DNA from: Ranitomeya imitator
Lineage: Eukaryota
Assembly: GCF_032444005.1 (NCBI RefSeq)
Contig: NC_091287.1
Span: 575,608,001 to 575,672,000 of the forward strand
DNA: 64,000 bases
Direction of reading: 5' to 3'
Shown: one piece after another, positions 49,120 to 61,738 of the stretch
Numbering within the stretch: position 1 is the stretch's first letter
Layout: every line of letters starts with the position of its first letter
The notes under the pieces: model-generated
What the model was told of the DNA's origin: nothing
Database searches by the model: none
Seen by the model: the letters and a program-made list of their open reading frames with translations, nothing else
Program-made: the position numbers and the translations under genes

Positions 49120-52100
49120 TGTTATGATCTGGTGGCCTTGGAGCAGCATGAGACGTACTCTGGAGAAGGTGGTCCCTGTACTGACCGCAAACCCTGAACC
49201 TAGCAGCGCAACTAAAAGCAGCCGTGGGGGGTACCTAACTCTCCCTAGACCCCTCGGCACAGCCTAAGATCTAACTACCCCTAAAGACAGAAACAGGAAA
49301 CCTATCTTGCCTCAGAGAAAATCCCCAAAGGATAGATAGCCCCCCACAAATATTGACGGTGAGAGGAGAGGGAAATAACATACGCAGATATGAAATCAGA
49401 TTTTAGCATAGGAGGCCATACTAGCTAAAAAGAAAGAATAGAACAGTGTACTATGCGGTCAGTACAAAAACACTAGAAAATATCCACCGCAGAAAATACG
49501 GATCACCACATCTGACTAAAGACATGGGGGGTATATCTGCATCTCCAGAGAAATAGCTAGGCTGCAAAAAATCCTTCACAGACCAAGCTGGACAAGACAA
49601 AAACATGAAAATGCACAGAACTATAAGGTCCACTGCAGGTGGACAGAAAAAACAAAGCCAGGACTTATCTTTGTAGAAAAACACAGCAAACTGGAGAGAC
49701 CAGCAGGGAAGTGAATCCTTCAAGAACAATGGACAACTGGCACTGATTAAAGGATCCTGCAAAGCTATATACCCCAGTCAGTTTTGCAATTAGTAGATAC
49801 ACCTGTCCACTCCTGCAATCCAGGCACAACTGCATTACCCTCTACAACCACCGGAGGGAGCCCAAAAGCTGAATTCACAACAGTACCCCTTCCTTGAGGA
49901 GGGGTCACCGAACCCTCACCAGAGCCCCCAGGCCGATCAGGATGAGCCCGATGAAAGGCACGAACCAAATCAACGGCATGGACATCAGAGGCAGAAACCC
50001 AAGAATTATCCTCCTGGCCATAACCCTTCCACTTGACAAGGTACTGAAGCTTCCGCCTCGAAAAACGAGAATCCAAATTTCAACAACATATTCCAACTCC
50101 CCATCGACCAATACAGGGGCCGGAGGATCAACAGAGGGAACAACGGGCTCCACATATTTCCGCAACAAAGATCTATGGAAGACATTATGAATAGCAAAAG
50201 AAGCCGGAAGCGCCAGGCGAAAGGACACCGGATTAATAATCTCAGAAATCCTATAAGGACCAATAAATCGAGGCTTAAACTTAGGGGAAGAAACCTTCAT
50301 AGGAACATGACGGGAAGATAACCAAACCAGATCCCCAATCCGAAGGCGGGAACCAAAGACAAAGACAAAGAAGGCCACCAAAAGGACCTACTAACCAAAT
50401 CTCTGGTACCAAAAATCCCAGGATGGCCAGCCAACACAGAACAATGAACCTCAGAAATCACTTTAGTAGTCCATCTATCAGGAACAAACAGCTTCCCCAC
50501 AGGACAGCAGTCAGGCTTATCAGCCTGAAATTCCTGAAGAACCCGTCGCAAATCAGGGGAGATGGCAGAAAGAATCACCCCTTCCTTCAAAATGCCGGAC
50601 CGGCTCAAGAACCCCAGGGGAATCAGGAAAAAAACTCCTAGAGAGGGCATGCGCCTTAGCATTCTTAGTACCAGGAATATACGAGACCACAAAATCAAAA
50701 CGGGAGAAAAACAGGGACCATCGAGCCTGTCTAGGATTCAGCCGTTTGACAGACTCGAGGTAAATCAGATTCTTATGATCAGTCAGGAGCACGATACGGT
50801 GCTTGGCCCCCTCAAGCCAATGTCGCCACTCCTCAAATGCCCACTTCATAGCCAACAACTCCCGATTGCCGACATCATAATTGCGTTCCGCAGGCGAAAA
50901 CTTCAGAGAAAAGAAGGCACACGGTTTCATCAAGGAACCATCAGAATTCCTCTGAGACAAAACGGCCCCTGCCCCAATCTCAGACGCGTCAACCTCAACC
51001 TGAAATGGAAGAGAAACATCTGCCTGACGCAACATAGGGGCAGAAGTAAATCGATGTTTAAGCTCCTGAAAGGCAGAAACAGCCGCGGAGGACCAATTTG
51101 TCACATCAGCGCCTTTCTTGGTCAAATCGGTTAGAGGTTTAACCACACTGGAGAAGTTGGCAATGAAACGATGATAAAAATTAGCAAAGCCCAAGAATTT
51201 CTGAAGGCTCTTCACAGATGTGGGCTGAATCCAATCATGAATGGCCTGAACCTTAACCGGATCCATTTCTATAGATGAGGGAGAAAAAATGAAACCCAAA
51301 AAAGAAACCTTCTGCACTCCAAAGAGGCACTTTGACCCCTTCACAAACAAAGCATTATTACGGAGGATCTGAAATACCATCCTGACCTGTTTCACATGAG
51401 ACTCCCAATCATTGGAAAAAATCAAAATATCATCCAAATATACAACCATGAATTTATCAAGATAACTCCGAAAGATATCATGCATGAAGGATTGGAACAC
51501 AGATGGGGCATTAGAGAGTCCGAATGACATCACAAGGTATTCAAAATGGCCTTCGGGCGTATTAAATGCAGTTTTCCATTCGTCACCCTGCTTGATACGA
51601 ATAAGATTATATGCCCCTCGAAGGTCAATCTTAGTAAACCAGCTAGCCCCCTTAATCCTAGCAAACAAATCAGTAAGCAAAGGCAAGGGGTATTGAAATT
51701 TAACCGTGATCTTATTCAAGAGGCGATAATCAATACAGGGTCTCAAGGAGCCATCCTTCTTGGCAACAAAAAAGAACCCCGCTCCCAACGGTGAAGAAGA
51801 TGGCCGAATATGCCCCTTCTCCAAAGACTCCTTAATATAGCTCAGGCACAGACAGGTTGAAAAGTCGGCCCTTAGGGAACTTACAACCTGGAATCAAGTC
51901 AATAGCACAATCACAGTCCCTATGCGGTGGAAGGGAACTGGACTTGGGCTCATCGAATACATCCTGAAAGTCTGACAAAAACTCAGGAACTTCAGCAGAG
52001 GGGGAAGAGGAAATTGACATCAAAGGAACCTGATCATGAACCCCCTGACAACCCCAACTAGTCACAGACATGGATTTCCAGTCTAACACCGGATTATGTA

Positions 52101-54103
52101 GCTGTAACCATGGAAAACCCAGCACAATATCATCATGCAAATTATGCAACACCAGAAAACGACAATCTTCTTGATGGGCTGGCGCCATGCGCATGGTCAG
52201 CTGTGTCCAAAACTGAGGTTTATTTTTAGCCAACGGTGTAGCATCAATGCCCCTCAAAGGAATAGGGTTCTGCAAAGGCTGCAAGGGAAAACCACAACGT
52301 CTGGCAAATTCTAAGTCCATTAAGTTCAGAGCGGCGCCTGAATTCACAAATGCCATGACAGAAAATGACGATAATGAGCAGATCAAGGTCACAGATAATA
52401 GAAATTTAGGTTGTATAGTACTGATGGCAACAGAACTAGCGATTCTCTTAGTACGCTTAGGGCAATCAAAAATAACATGAGCAGAATCGCCGCAGTAAAA
52501 ACACAACCTATTCTGACGCCGGAATCTTTGACGTTCAGCTCTAGACAAAATCCTATCACACTGCATAGGCTCAGGGCTTCGCTCAGAGGGCAACGCCACA
52601 GTGTGCACAATTCTGCGCTCGCGCAAGCACCGATCAATCTGAATGGCCAGAGACATAGAGTCACTCAGACCAGCAGGCGTGGGGAACCCCACCATAACGT
52701 CTTTAACGGATTCAGAAAGACCCTTTCTGAAAATTGCCGCCAAGGCATCCTCATTCCATTTAGTTAGTACAGACCATTTTCTAAATTTCTGGCAATACGA
52801 TTCTGCCGCTTCTTGACCTTGACACAGGGCCAACAAGATTTTCTCAGCTTGATCCACAGAATTAGGCTCATCATACAACAACCCCAATGCCTGAAAGAAC
52901 GAATCAACATCAAGCAAAGCAGGATTGCCAGTTTCCAGGGAAAATGCCCAATCCTGTGGGTCACCACGCAGCAGAGATATGATGATTTTAACCTGCTGAA
53001 TAGGATCACCAGAAGACCGGGGTCTTAATGCAAAAAACAGTTTACAGTTATTTTTGAAACTCAAAAATTTGGATCTGTCACCAAAGAAGAAATCAGGAGT
53101 GGGAATCTTAGGTTCTAAGGCAGGAGTTTGAACAATATAATCTGAAATACCCTGTACCCTAGCAGCAAGCTGATCCACCCGAGAAACTAATTCCTGAATA
53201 TTCATGTTAATACAAGACTCCGTAGCCACCCAGAGGTAAAGAGGGAGGAACAGACCATACAGGCTAAGGAAAAAAAAATGGCTCAAAATCTTTCCACCCT
53301 TCTTCCGAGATGCAATTAACTCATTGTTGGCCAGTTGTACTGTTATGATCTGGTGGCCTTGGAGCAGCATGAGACGTACTCTGGAGAAGGTGGTCCCTGT
53401 ACTGACCGCAAACCCTGAACCTAGCAGCGCAACTAAAAGCAGCCGTGGAGGGTACCTAACTCTCCCTAGACCCCTCGGCACAGCCTAAGATCTAACTACC
53501 CCTAAAGACAGAAACAGGAAACCTATCTTGCCTCAGAGAAAATCCCCAAAGGATAGACAGCCCCCCAAAAATATTGCCGGTGAGAGGAGAGGGAAATAAC
53601 ATACGCAGATATGAAATCAGATTTCAGCATAGGAGGCCATACTAGCTAAAAAGAAAGAATAGAACAGAGTACTATGCGGTCAGTACAAAAACACTAGAAA
53701 ATATCCACTGCAGAAAATACGGATCACCACATCTGACTAAAGACATGGGGGGTATATCTGCATCTCCAGAGAAATAGCTAGGCTGCAAAAAATCCTTCAC
53801 AGACTAAGCTGGACAAGACAAAAACATGAAAAAGCACAGAACTATAAGGTCCACTGCAGGTGGACAGAAAAAACAAAGCCAGAAATCATCTTTGTAGAAA
53901 AACACAGCAAACTGGAGAGACCAGCAGGGAAGTGAATCCTTCAAGAACAATTGACAACTGGCACTGATTAAAGAGTCCTGCAAGGCTATATACCCCAGTC
54001 AGTCCTGCAATTAGTAGAAACACATGTCCACTCCTGCAATCCAGGCACAACTGCATTACCGTCTACAACCACCGGAGGGAGCCCAAAAGCTGAATTCACA
54101 ACA
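49120..54103 (-). mobile_element. Chromodomain Ty3/Gypsy element 2, defective
   Basis: 763-bp LTRs 53341-54103 and 49120-49882 (about 20 differences), TSD GGCACC, PPT; frameshift at about 51830, integrase-core deletion at about 50350-50380, frameshifts near 50575 and in the chromodomain. Confidence 0.96.
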
Positions 54104-55335
54104 GGCACCATCTTGGTATATACATTAAATAGGGTACGGTCTCAGTATATATGGTGTATACAGTGCTATCTCGGTATATACAAACAGGCTCGGACTGGCC
54201 CACCGGAGAACCGGAGGATTCTCCTGTGGGCCCAGGCACTGACACCTGCTGGCATACTTGCCAACAGCTGCCTAGGGTCCCCACTGCTTCAAGGGCGCCC
54301 ACTGCTCCAGGGGCCCCTAGCCAGTGGCTATGTGGCCCCTGAGTCAAGGGGGCCCGCTCTGTGTCAACCTAGCAGCAGCTGGAGACAGGATCCTGTCCCC
54401 GCTGCTAAAGCTAAATGAATATTCACGCTTCTCCACGCCCCTATGGGCGTGGAGAAGCGTGAATACCATTTCTCTTTAATAGCGGGCAGCGTTAGCCGCA
54501 GGGTGAGGCTAAACGCTGTCTGCATGTAACGCCCCACCACCGCACCACACAAAGCACCGTCAGCACCACATACACAGGCATACAGTCAGACACACAGCAC
54601 AGTTCACCTCCTGGCAGCAGCAGCACATCCCGGCGTCCTGCTTCCCTGTGTGAGACAGCCCAGCTGGATAACGTCATCACCCAGCACGCTGTCTCACACA
54701 GAAAGCTGCCGGCGAGGAAGAGGCTGCAGGGAGGTGAGCTGTGCTGTGTGAGTGTGCCTGTTGGCTACCCAATCACACAGATGGGCACCATGTATCAGCC
54801 TGCAGCTGTACACACCGTTTGCTCCTCCATGCAACATTATGTCTCAATGCATAGTCATGGTGTCTGACATTACTATAGGAGGTTTGAATATATAAGGGGA
54901 ACGGATCTGTGATCTGAGTTGTGTTAGGGGGTCTGGTCTGAGGTCTGATTATACACAGAGGTTTGATCTGGAGTATGAGATTAATATATGGGCCTAATTT
55001 GAGGTCTGACTATATTTAAGGGGCAGTGGTTTGGAGTCTGGCATTTATATATGGGCATAATATGGGGTGTGATAATATGGGGGGGTCTGGTCTATATTAA
55101 TATAGGGGTTTGGTCTAGGGTCTTATAAAACATATGGGCTAAGACTATGATAATATTATAGAGGGTCCAATCTCTGGTATGAAAATATAGGGGGCCTGGA
55201 CCGAGTTCTAAATATATTTAGGGGGCTAGTCTGGGGTTTGCTATTTATATAAGGGTCTGGGCTGAGATCTGAATTACCGTAAAGTGCTCATCTGGGGTCT
55301 GATTACATGACGATGGCCTAGTATAGGGGGTCTGG

Positions 55336-55497
55336 NNNNNNNNNNNNNNNNNNNNNNNNNNNNNNNNNNNNNNNNNNNNNNNNNNNNNNNNNNNNNNNNN
55401 NNNNNNNNNNNNNNNNNNNNNNNNNNNNNNNNNNNNNNNNNNNNNNNNNNNNNNNNNNNNNNNNNNNNNNNNNNNNNNNNNNNNNNNNNNNNNNNNN
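55336..55497. other. Assembly gap (162 N)
   Basis: Run of N. Confidence 1.
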
Positions 55498-56565
55498 AAT
55501 GATATTGGTGGGGGATGCAATAGTGCAGGCAATGATGGCGGTGGGGGGAGACAGTGATGGAGGTGATGGGCAATGATGGCGGTGGGGGGAGACAATGATG
55601 GAGGTGATGGGCAATGATGGAGGGGGGCAATGATGGTGAGGGGAGGCAACGAAGGAAGTGATGGGCAATGTTGGAGGTGATGGGCAATGATCGTGACAGG
55701 AGGCAATGATGGAGGCGATTGGGCAATGATGGTGTGGGAGGCAATGATGGAGGTGATGGGGAGGCAATGATGGAGATGATGGGCAATGATGGTGGTGGGG
55801 GAGACAATGATGTAGGTGATGGGCAATGATGGAGGTGATTAGGCATTGATGGTGGTGGGGGAGGCAATGATGGTGGCGATAAGCAATGATGGTGGGGGAG
55901 GCAATGATGGAGGTGATGGGGAGGCAATGATGGAGATGATGGGCAATGATGGTGGTGGGGGAGACAATGATGGAGGTGATGGGCAATGATGGAGGTGATT
56001 AGGCATTGATGGTGGTGGGGGAGGCAATGATGGTGGCGATAAGCAATGATGGTGGGGGAGGCAATGATGGAGGTGATGGGGAGGCAATGATGGAGATGAT
56101 GGGCAATGATGGTGGTGGGGGAGACAATGATGGAGGTGATGGGCAATGATGGAGGTGATTAGGCATTGATGGTGGTGGGGGAGGCAATGATGGTGGGGGG
56201 AGGCAATGATGGTGGCGATAAGCAATGATGGTGGGGGAGGCAATGATGGAGGTGATGGGCAATGATGGCAGTGGGGGCAGGCAACGATGAAGGTGATGGG
56301 CAATGATGGTGGTGGGGGAGGCAATGATGTTAGGGGGAGGCAATGATGGAGGCAATAGGCAATGATGGTGGCAATAAGCAATGATGGTGGGGGTGGCAAT
56401 GGTGGCGGTGGGGCAGGCAATGATAGAGGTGATGGGCAATGATGGTGGTGGGGGAGGCAATGATGGAGGTGATGGGCAATGATGGTGGTGGGGGAGGCAA
56501 TGATGGAGGTGATGAAATAGGCAATGATGGTGGGGGAGAAAGCAATGATGGAGGTGGTGATGAGG
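55498..56565. repeat. G-rich 18-21-bp minisatellite (GGCAATGATGGAGGTGATG) inside the hAT element
   Basis: Tandem units with larger duplicated blocks. Confidence 0.93.
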
Positions 56566-57064
56566 ACAATGAGGGGGTGGAGAGGGGCTGCATTATACTT
56601 TGTGAGGGGGGCTACATTATATTCTGGGGGGCTCCATATTACTATATGAGGGGTCTACAGTGTACGCTATGGGGGGGGGCTGCATTATATTCTGTGGTGG
56701 GGCTGCCTTATTCTCTCAGGGGGTGACATTATATTCTATGAGGGAGCTACCCCTCTATGATTCTACCCCAACACCTGCTACATAATTAAGATGTGTACTA
56801 CCTTATATTATACCCTGATATTAGCGTGTTTTACCACACAATTGGTGGTCTTGTATTTCTAGGTAGCTGCATAGTGGGCCCCAAGAATGATTTTCTCTGG
56901 TGGGCCCAAGGTGCTCCAGTCCGACGCTGTATACAAACTACAGTTTCTCGGAGCACAGTCTCGGTGTATACCGTGTGGTCTCTCAGGAACAGTCTCGGTG
57001 TGTATGGTGTGTGGTCTATGAGAGCACATTCTCTGTGTATATGAAGTCTCAGTATATATAGCAA

Positions 57065-58380
57065 GTGTTGTCTTGGTATAGATGGAGAGTGGCCTCTGGA
57101 GGCTCAGTCTCGGTGTATACGGAGTGCGGACTTGGTGTATATAGAGAGGGAACTCTGGGGGCACAGTCTCAGTGTATACGGAGTGCGGACTTGGTGTATA
57201 TGGAGAGGGAACTCTGGAGGCTCAGTCTCGGTGTATACGGAGTGTGGACTTGATGTATATGGAGAGTGGACTTTGGAGGCTCAGTCTCAGTGTATACGGA
57301 GTGCGGACTTGGTGTATATGGAGAGCGGCCTCTGAGTCTTGGTGTATACGGAGTGCGGGCTTGGTGTATATAGAGAGGGAACTCTGGGGGCACAGTCTCG
57401 GTGTATACGGAGTGCGGACTTGGTGTATATAGAGAGGGAACTCTGGGGACACAGTCTCAGTGTATATGGAGTAAAGACTTGGTGTATATGGAGAGTGGAC
57501 TCTGGGGACACAGTCTCAGTGTATATGGAGTAAGGACTTGGTGTATATGGAGAGTGGACTCTGGAGGCTCAGTCTCGGTGTATACGGAGTGCGGACTTGG
57601 TGTATATGGAGAGCGGCCTCTGAGTCTTGGTGTATACGGAGTGCGGACTTGGTGTATATAGAGAGGGAACTCTGGGGGCACAGTCTCAGTGTATACGGAG
57701 TGCGGAGTTGGTGTATATAGAGAGGGAACTCTGGGGGTACAGTCTCGGTGTATACGGAGTGCGGACTTGGTGTATATGGAGAGTGGACTCTGGGGACACA
57801 GTCTCAGTGTATATGGAGTAAGGACTTGGTGTATACGGAGTGCGGACTTGGTGTATATAGAGAGGGAACTCTGGGGACACAGTCTCAGTGTATATGGAGT
57901 AAGGACTTGGTGTATATGGAGAGTGGACTCTGGGGACACAGTCTCAGTGTATATGGAGTAAGGACTTGGTGTATATGGAGAGTGGACTCTGGGGACACAG
58001 TCTCAGTGTATATGGAGTAAAGACTTGGTGTATATGGAGAGTGGACTCTGGGGACACAGTCTCAGTGTATATGGAGTAAAGACTTGGTGTATATGGAGAG
58101 TGGACTCTGGGGACACAGTCTCAGTGTATATGGAGTAAAGACTTGGTGTATATGGAGAGTGGACTCTGGGGACACAGTCTCAGTGTATATGGAGTAAAGA
58201 CTTGGTGTATATGGAGAGTGGACTCTGGGGACACAGTCTCAGTGTATATGGAGTAAGGACTTGGTGTATATGGAGAGTGGACTCTGGGGACACAGTCTCA
58301 GTGTATATGGAGTAAGGACTTGGTGTATATGGAGAGTGGACTCTGGGGACACAGTCTCAGTGTATACGGAGTGCAGTCTT
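57065..58380. repeat. 59-bp tandem repeat made of about 37+22-bp subunits
   Basis: GTATATGGAGAGTGGACTCTGGGGACACAGTCTCAGTGTATATGGAGTAAGGACTTGGT; related degenerate units at 49000-49119 and 54104-54184. Confidence 0.95.
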
Positions 58381-58789
58381 GGCATATATGGTGTGTGGAC
58401 TTGGTGTATATGGACTGCGGTCTCTCAGGGCACAGTCTCAGTGCATAGGGAGTGCGGTTTTGGTGAATATGGAGTGTGGTCTCTTGGGGCACTGTCTCGG
58501 TGTACACGGTGTGTGGTCTCTCAGGATACAATCTCGGTATACGGAGTGCTTTCTCTCGGTGTGCGCTTTCTCACAGTTACATGGTTTGTCCTACAGCTTG
58601 AGGACACAGTGGACTTCTGGGCAGCGGATGGAGGGACAATGGTCGCTATTCACTTATCTGAGAGTTCGGACTTCATCACTGGATGAGAACAAAGACCCAC
58701 AGATCTGCAAGACCCCTGGAGTCCAGAGCGTCCCCCACATTAACTCTGTGAGTGTCGGCTCTCTTCAAGGCTGAAATCAAATCACTGGT

Positions 58790-59270
58790 TACAGCATAAC
58801 AGAGCAAAAGAGAGACCGCAGAACAACAGCGTGACCCTGGAGGAAAAAAAAAAGTGTCCCCGAGAATAGAGACCTCGCATGAAAGACCCCAAAACAACAG
58901 CATGACCCGGAGAAAAAAAAAAAGTGTCCCGAGAATAAAGAGTGCCTTGCATCAAAGACCCCGAAACAGCAGCGTGACCAGGAGAAAAAAAAAAGTGACC
59001 CAGAGAATAGTGGCCCCACATGAAAGACTCCAAAACAACAGCGTGATCACGTGAATAGAGAGTGACCCCGAGAATAGTGACCCCACATGAAAGACCCCAA
59101 AACAACAGCGTGACTCCAGAGGGAAAAAAGTGTCCCCGAGAATAAAGAGTGCCTTGCATAAAAGATCCCAAAACAATAGTGTGACCCTGAGAAAAAAAGA
59201 GTGACCTAGAGAATAGTGGCCCACATGAAAGAGCCCAACACAGGGTGATCACACAAATAAAGAGTGCCCC
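58790..59270. repeat. Irregular tandem repeat (GAAAGACCCCAAAACAACAGCGTGACCC...GAGAATA)
   Basis: Repeated about 60-bp blocks. Confidence 0.8.
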
Positions 59271-60430
59271 TGTAACACCCCAGGTTCCTGGTTGTTACAG
59301 TGGCATTGCTTTCCTCATGGGGAGAGTGATGTCACGCTTGGAAGCAAGGAAGGATCTCTTTTATCAGGTATTCACAAGCATGCAACGTGTTCACACTCCA
59401 GGCCAGAATGGGGAGCTCTGATCCAGCTTGTGGGTGGCATCCCTATATATATTCTGGTCTGGAGGGAAAGTTAGTTAGTTGGTGAGAGGAGTTAGTGAGT
59501 GCCAGACAGCAGGCTGGAGCAGTCTGAGGCTGAAAGGAAAGAGAGGGGCCGTGCAGCCACGAGAGATGCTGCAGCTCCTGAAAAGAAAGAGATAGAAAGT
59601 AAAGCAGAACAAGCTGTAGAGAGCATGAAGGGGAAATGAAGTGCAGGAGAGTGAAGAGCTAGTGGGTTAGCTGTGACTGAGCTACCGCCCTACTGAGCGC
59701 AGATACCGGTAGCCGGAAGACCGAGATTGTGAGGGACTCCAAGACTCACAGCAGAAACCGGCAGGACAGCTGGATTGCAAGTCACCTATCCATCAAAGAA
59801 ACCTGAGGACACAGTAGTGCATAGAGCCTGGGTCTTGATAGAGATTCTGTAAAAAGGCTCGAGCTACCTGTTGTACAGGTAGTGTCCTACCTGCAAGGAG
59901 GACAGAGAGAGCACGTGAGGACCTTTTGAGAGGCCTAAGGCAGCAAGGGACTACACCACAGCACTAGAAGGCTTCTAACCCCACCTGGTAAGGGGGACTC
60001 CCAACTTGCTTCCAAGCCAGCTGGACCACACCTGCATCCATGATCTGGTACCCTGGACTGTGGCTGCCTGAATTCATCAGTAAACCAGGTAAAGAGACTG
60101 CAAACCTGTGTCCTCCGATTCTTGCTACACCATCCACCATCTTTATCTATACACCGGGAGCCCTGGGGATCTAGCTTCACCTGTGGGAAGCCATACAATC
60201 CTAGCTGCCATAACATCACCCCAAAGGACCCCTTTAAGCAGCGTCAGTCATCCCTGACCGAATACCACAGGTGGCGTCACAAACAAACTTTATTCACATA
60301 ACCCCTTTAAAAGACATTCCCTTTACATGGGCGCCCAGGGCCACGGACTGGGTCGCCGCCACCATGACATATCCATTTAAGTCCCGGATCCGGTACCGAG
60401 TACTCCACGGCCCTGGTGGGCGTTCCAACT

Positions 60431-60448
60431 TGGCGTCACGAACAGGAT
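60431..60448 (+). promoter_or_regulatory. Primer-binding site TGGCGTCACGAACAGGAT (tRNA-Ser(CGA)-like)
   Basis: 3 nt after LTR end; complementary to a vertebrate tRNA-Ser 3' end ...ATCCTGTTCGTGACGCCA recalled from memory. Confidence 0.75.
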
Positions 60449-61448
60449 GGACCGACCCATTGAAGTGGGTCTTGTGTGCCTAGGAGACTGTGATTTGTTG
60501 AAGGACTGTTGAATTGTTAATTGCCACCATTACAGCGCCACGAGGAGCGCAGGAGAAGGAAAAGTGCGCCATCGTGGGTGGAGACCAGCTGTGCGGCGTG
60601 AAAATAATGGCCGCCCATTCTAAATACTTCTGCACCCTAAGGACATGCCAGTCAGCCAGCGAGATCCGCCTCTTGATCCTACATGGTGGGAGCAAAAAGA
60701 AGAAGAAGCTCTGCCCTAGAAGGAGAGAGTGGGAACCGGATGGAGAGACAGGAAAGGACCTGGAGGACAAGATGACGAGTGGCCAGGACCCGAAGCGTAG
60801 GGTGGAAGCCGAGGACTCCCCCAGCTACCAGGAAGAAAGCCACGGTGAGCAGTCAACGGAGGTCCCAGAGTTCCTTAAAGGGAAAGTGGAGGAGTTCAGC
60901 GACCAACTCCTGCAGATGCAGCTAAGCACAGTGACAAAATAGAAAGTGGCTCTGAAGGTGAAGCTGCTAGAGCAGCGTCCTATCCGGCGGCCCCTGATTC
61001 CAGCGGAGGAGTATTACAGTGAGAGTTTTGTATATTTGTAGAAGAGCTAATGTTTTTACACAGTATTGAAAGAAGTCAAAGAAGTGTTACCAAAGATAGT
61101 ATACCCATAAGGGGTAATCGTTATTTAATAGGTAATATTTTATATTTAGTGTCATAGAAAGTTATTTATACTCTGTATTAAAGTTATGTAACGTTTAAGC
61201 ATAATTACCTCCCATAAAGGGAAGAAAAGTTTTCAGAACCTGTTACATGCATATCAATAATGTTTTGCATATATCTAACCTGTACTGTTGTTTGTTTTCC
61301 CAGTTCGGGAGTACTGGATTTAACGGGCGGGAAGTGTAACACCTTAGGTTCCTGGTTGTTACAGTGGCATTGCTTTCCTCACGGGGAGAGTGATGTCATG
61401 CTTGGAAGTGAGGAAGGATCTCTTTTATCAGGTATTCACAAGCATGCA

Positions 61449-61738
61449 TCTTGCGTCTGGAGGAGAGAAGGTTTTTCCACCAACATAGAAGAGGATTCTT
61501 TACTGTTAGGGCGGTGAGAATCTGGAATTGCTTGCCTGAGGAGGTGGTGATGGCGAACTCAGTCGAGGGGTTCAAGAGAGGCCTGGATGTCTTCCTGGAG
61601 CAGAACAATATTGTATCATACAATTATTAGGTTCTGTAGAAGGACGTAGATCTGGGGATTTATTATGATGGAATATAGGCTGAACTGGATGGACAAATGT
61701 CTTTTTTCGGCCTTACTAACTATATTACTATGTTACTA
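61449..61738 (+). mobile_element. CR1 LINE 3' fragment in the second LTR
   Basis: Near-identical to 42174-42470 (reverse complement); ATGCA duplicated at the junctions. Confidence 0.93.

Larger units (their letters stand above)
54185..56929. mobile_element. Non-autonomous hAT-type DNA transposon
   Basis: Imperfect TIRs CAGGCTCGGACTGGCCCACC / CAGCGTCGGACTGGAGCACC; 8-bp TSD TATACAAA. Confidence 0.88.

Noticed and set aside
53203-53481. N-terminal Gag extension from U5 in element 2
   Set aside because: ORF start is GTG; not matched in element 1; the probable start is MNIQELV
54608-54677. Alternative phase-1 first exon for the GPT-like gene (MTLSSWAV...PGG|gtgaac)
   Set aside because: Inside the hAT element, weak donor, 25 kb away, no ALT similarity
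55245-56726. His/Pro-rich ORFs
   Set aside because: Minisatellite translations spanning an N gap
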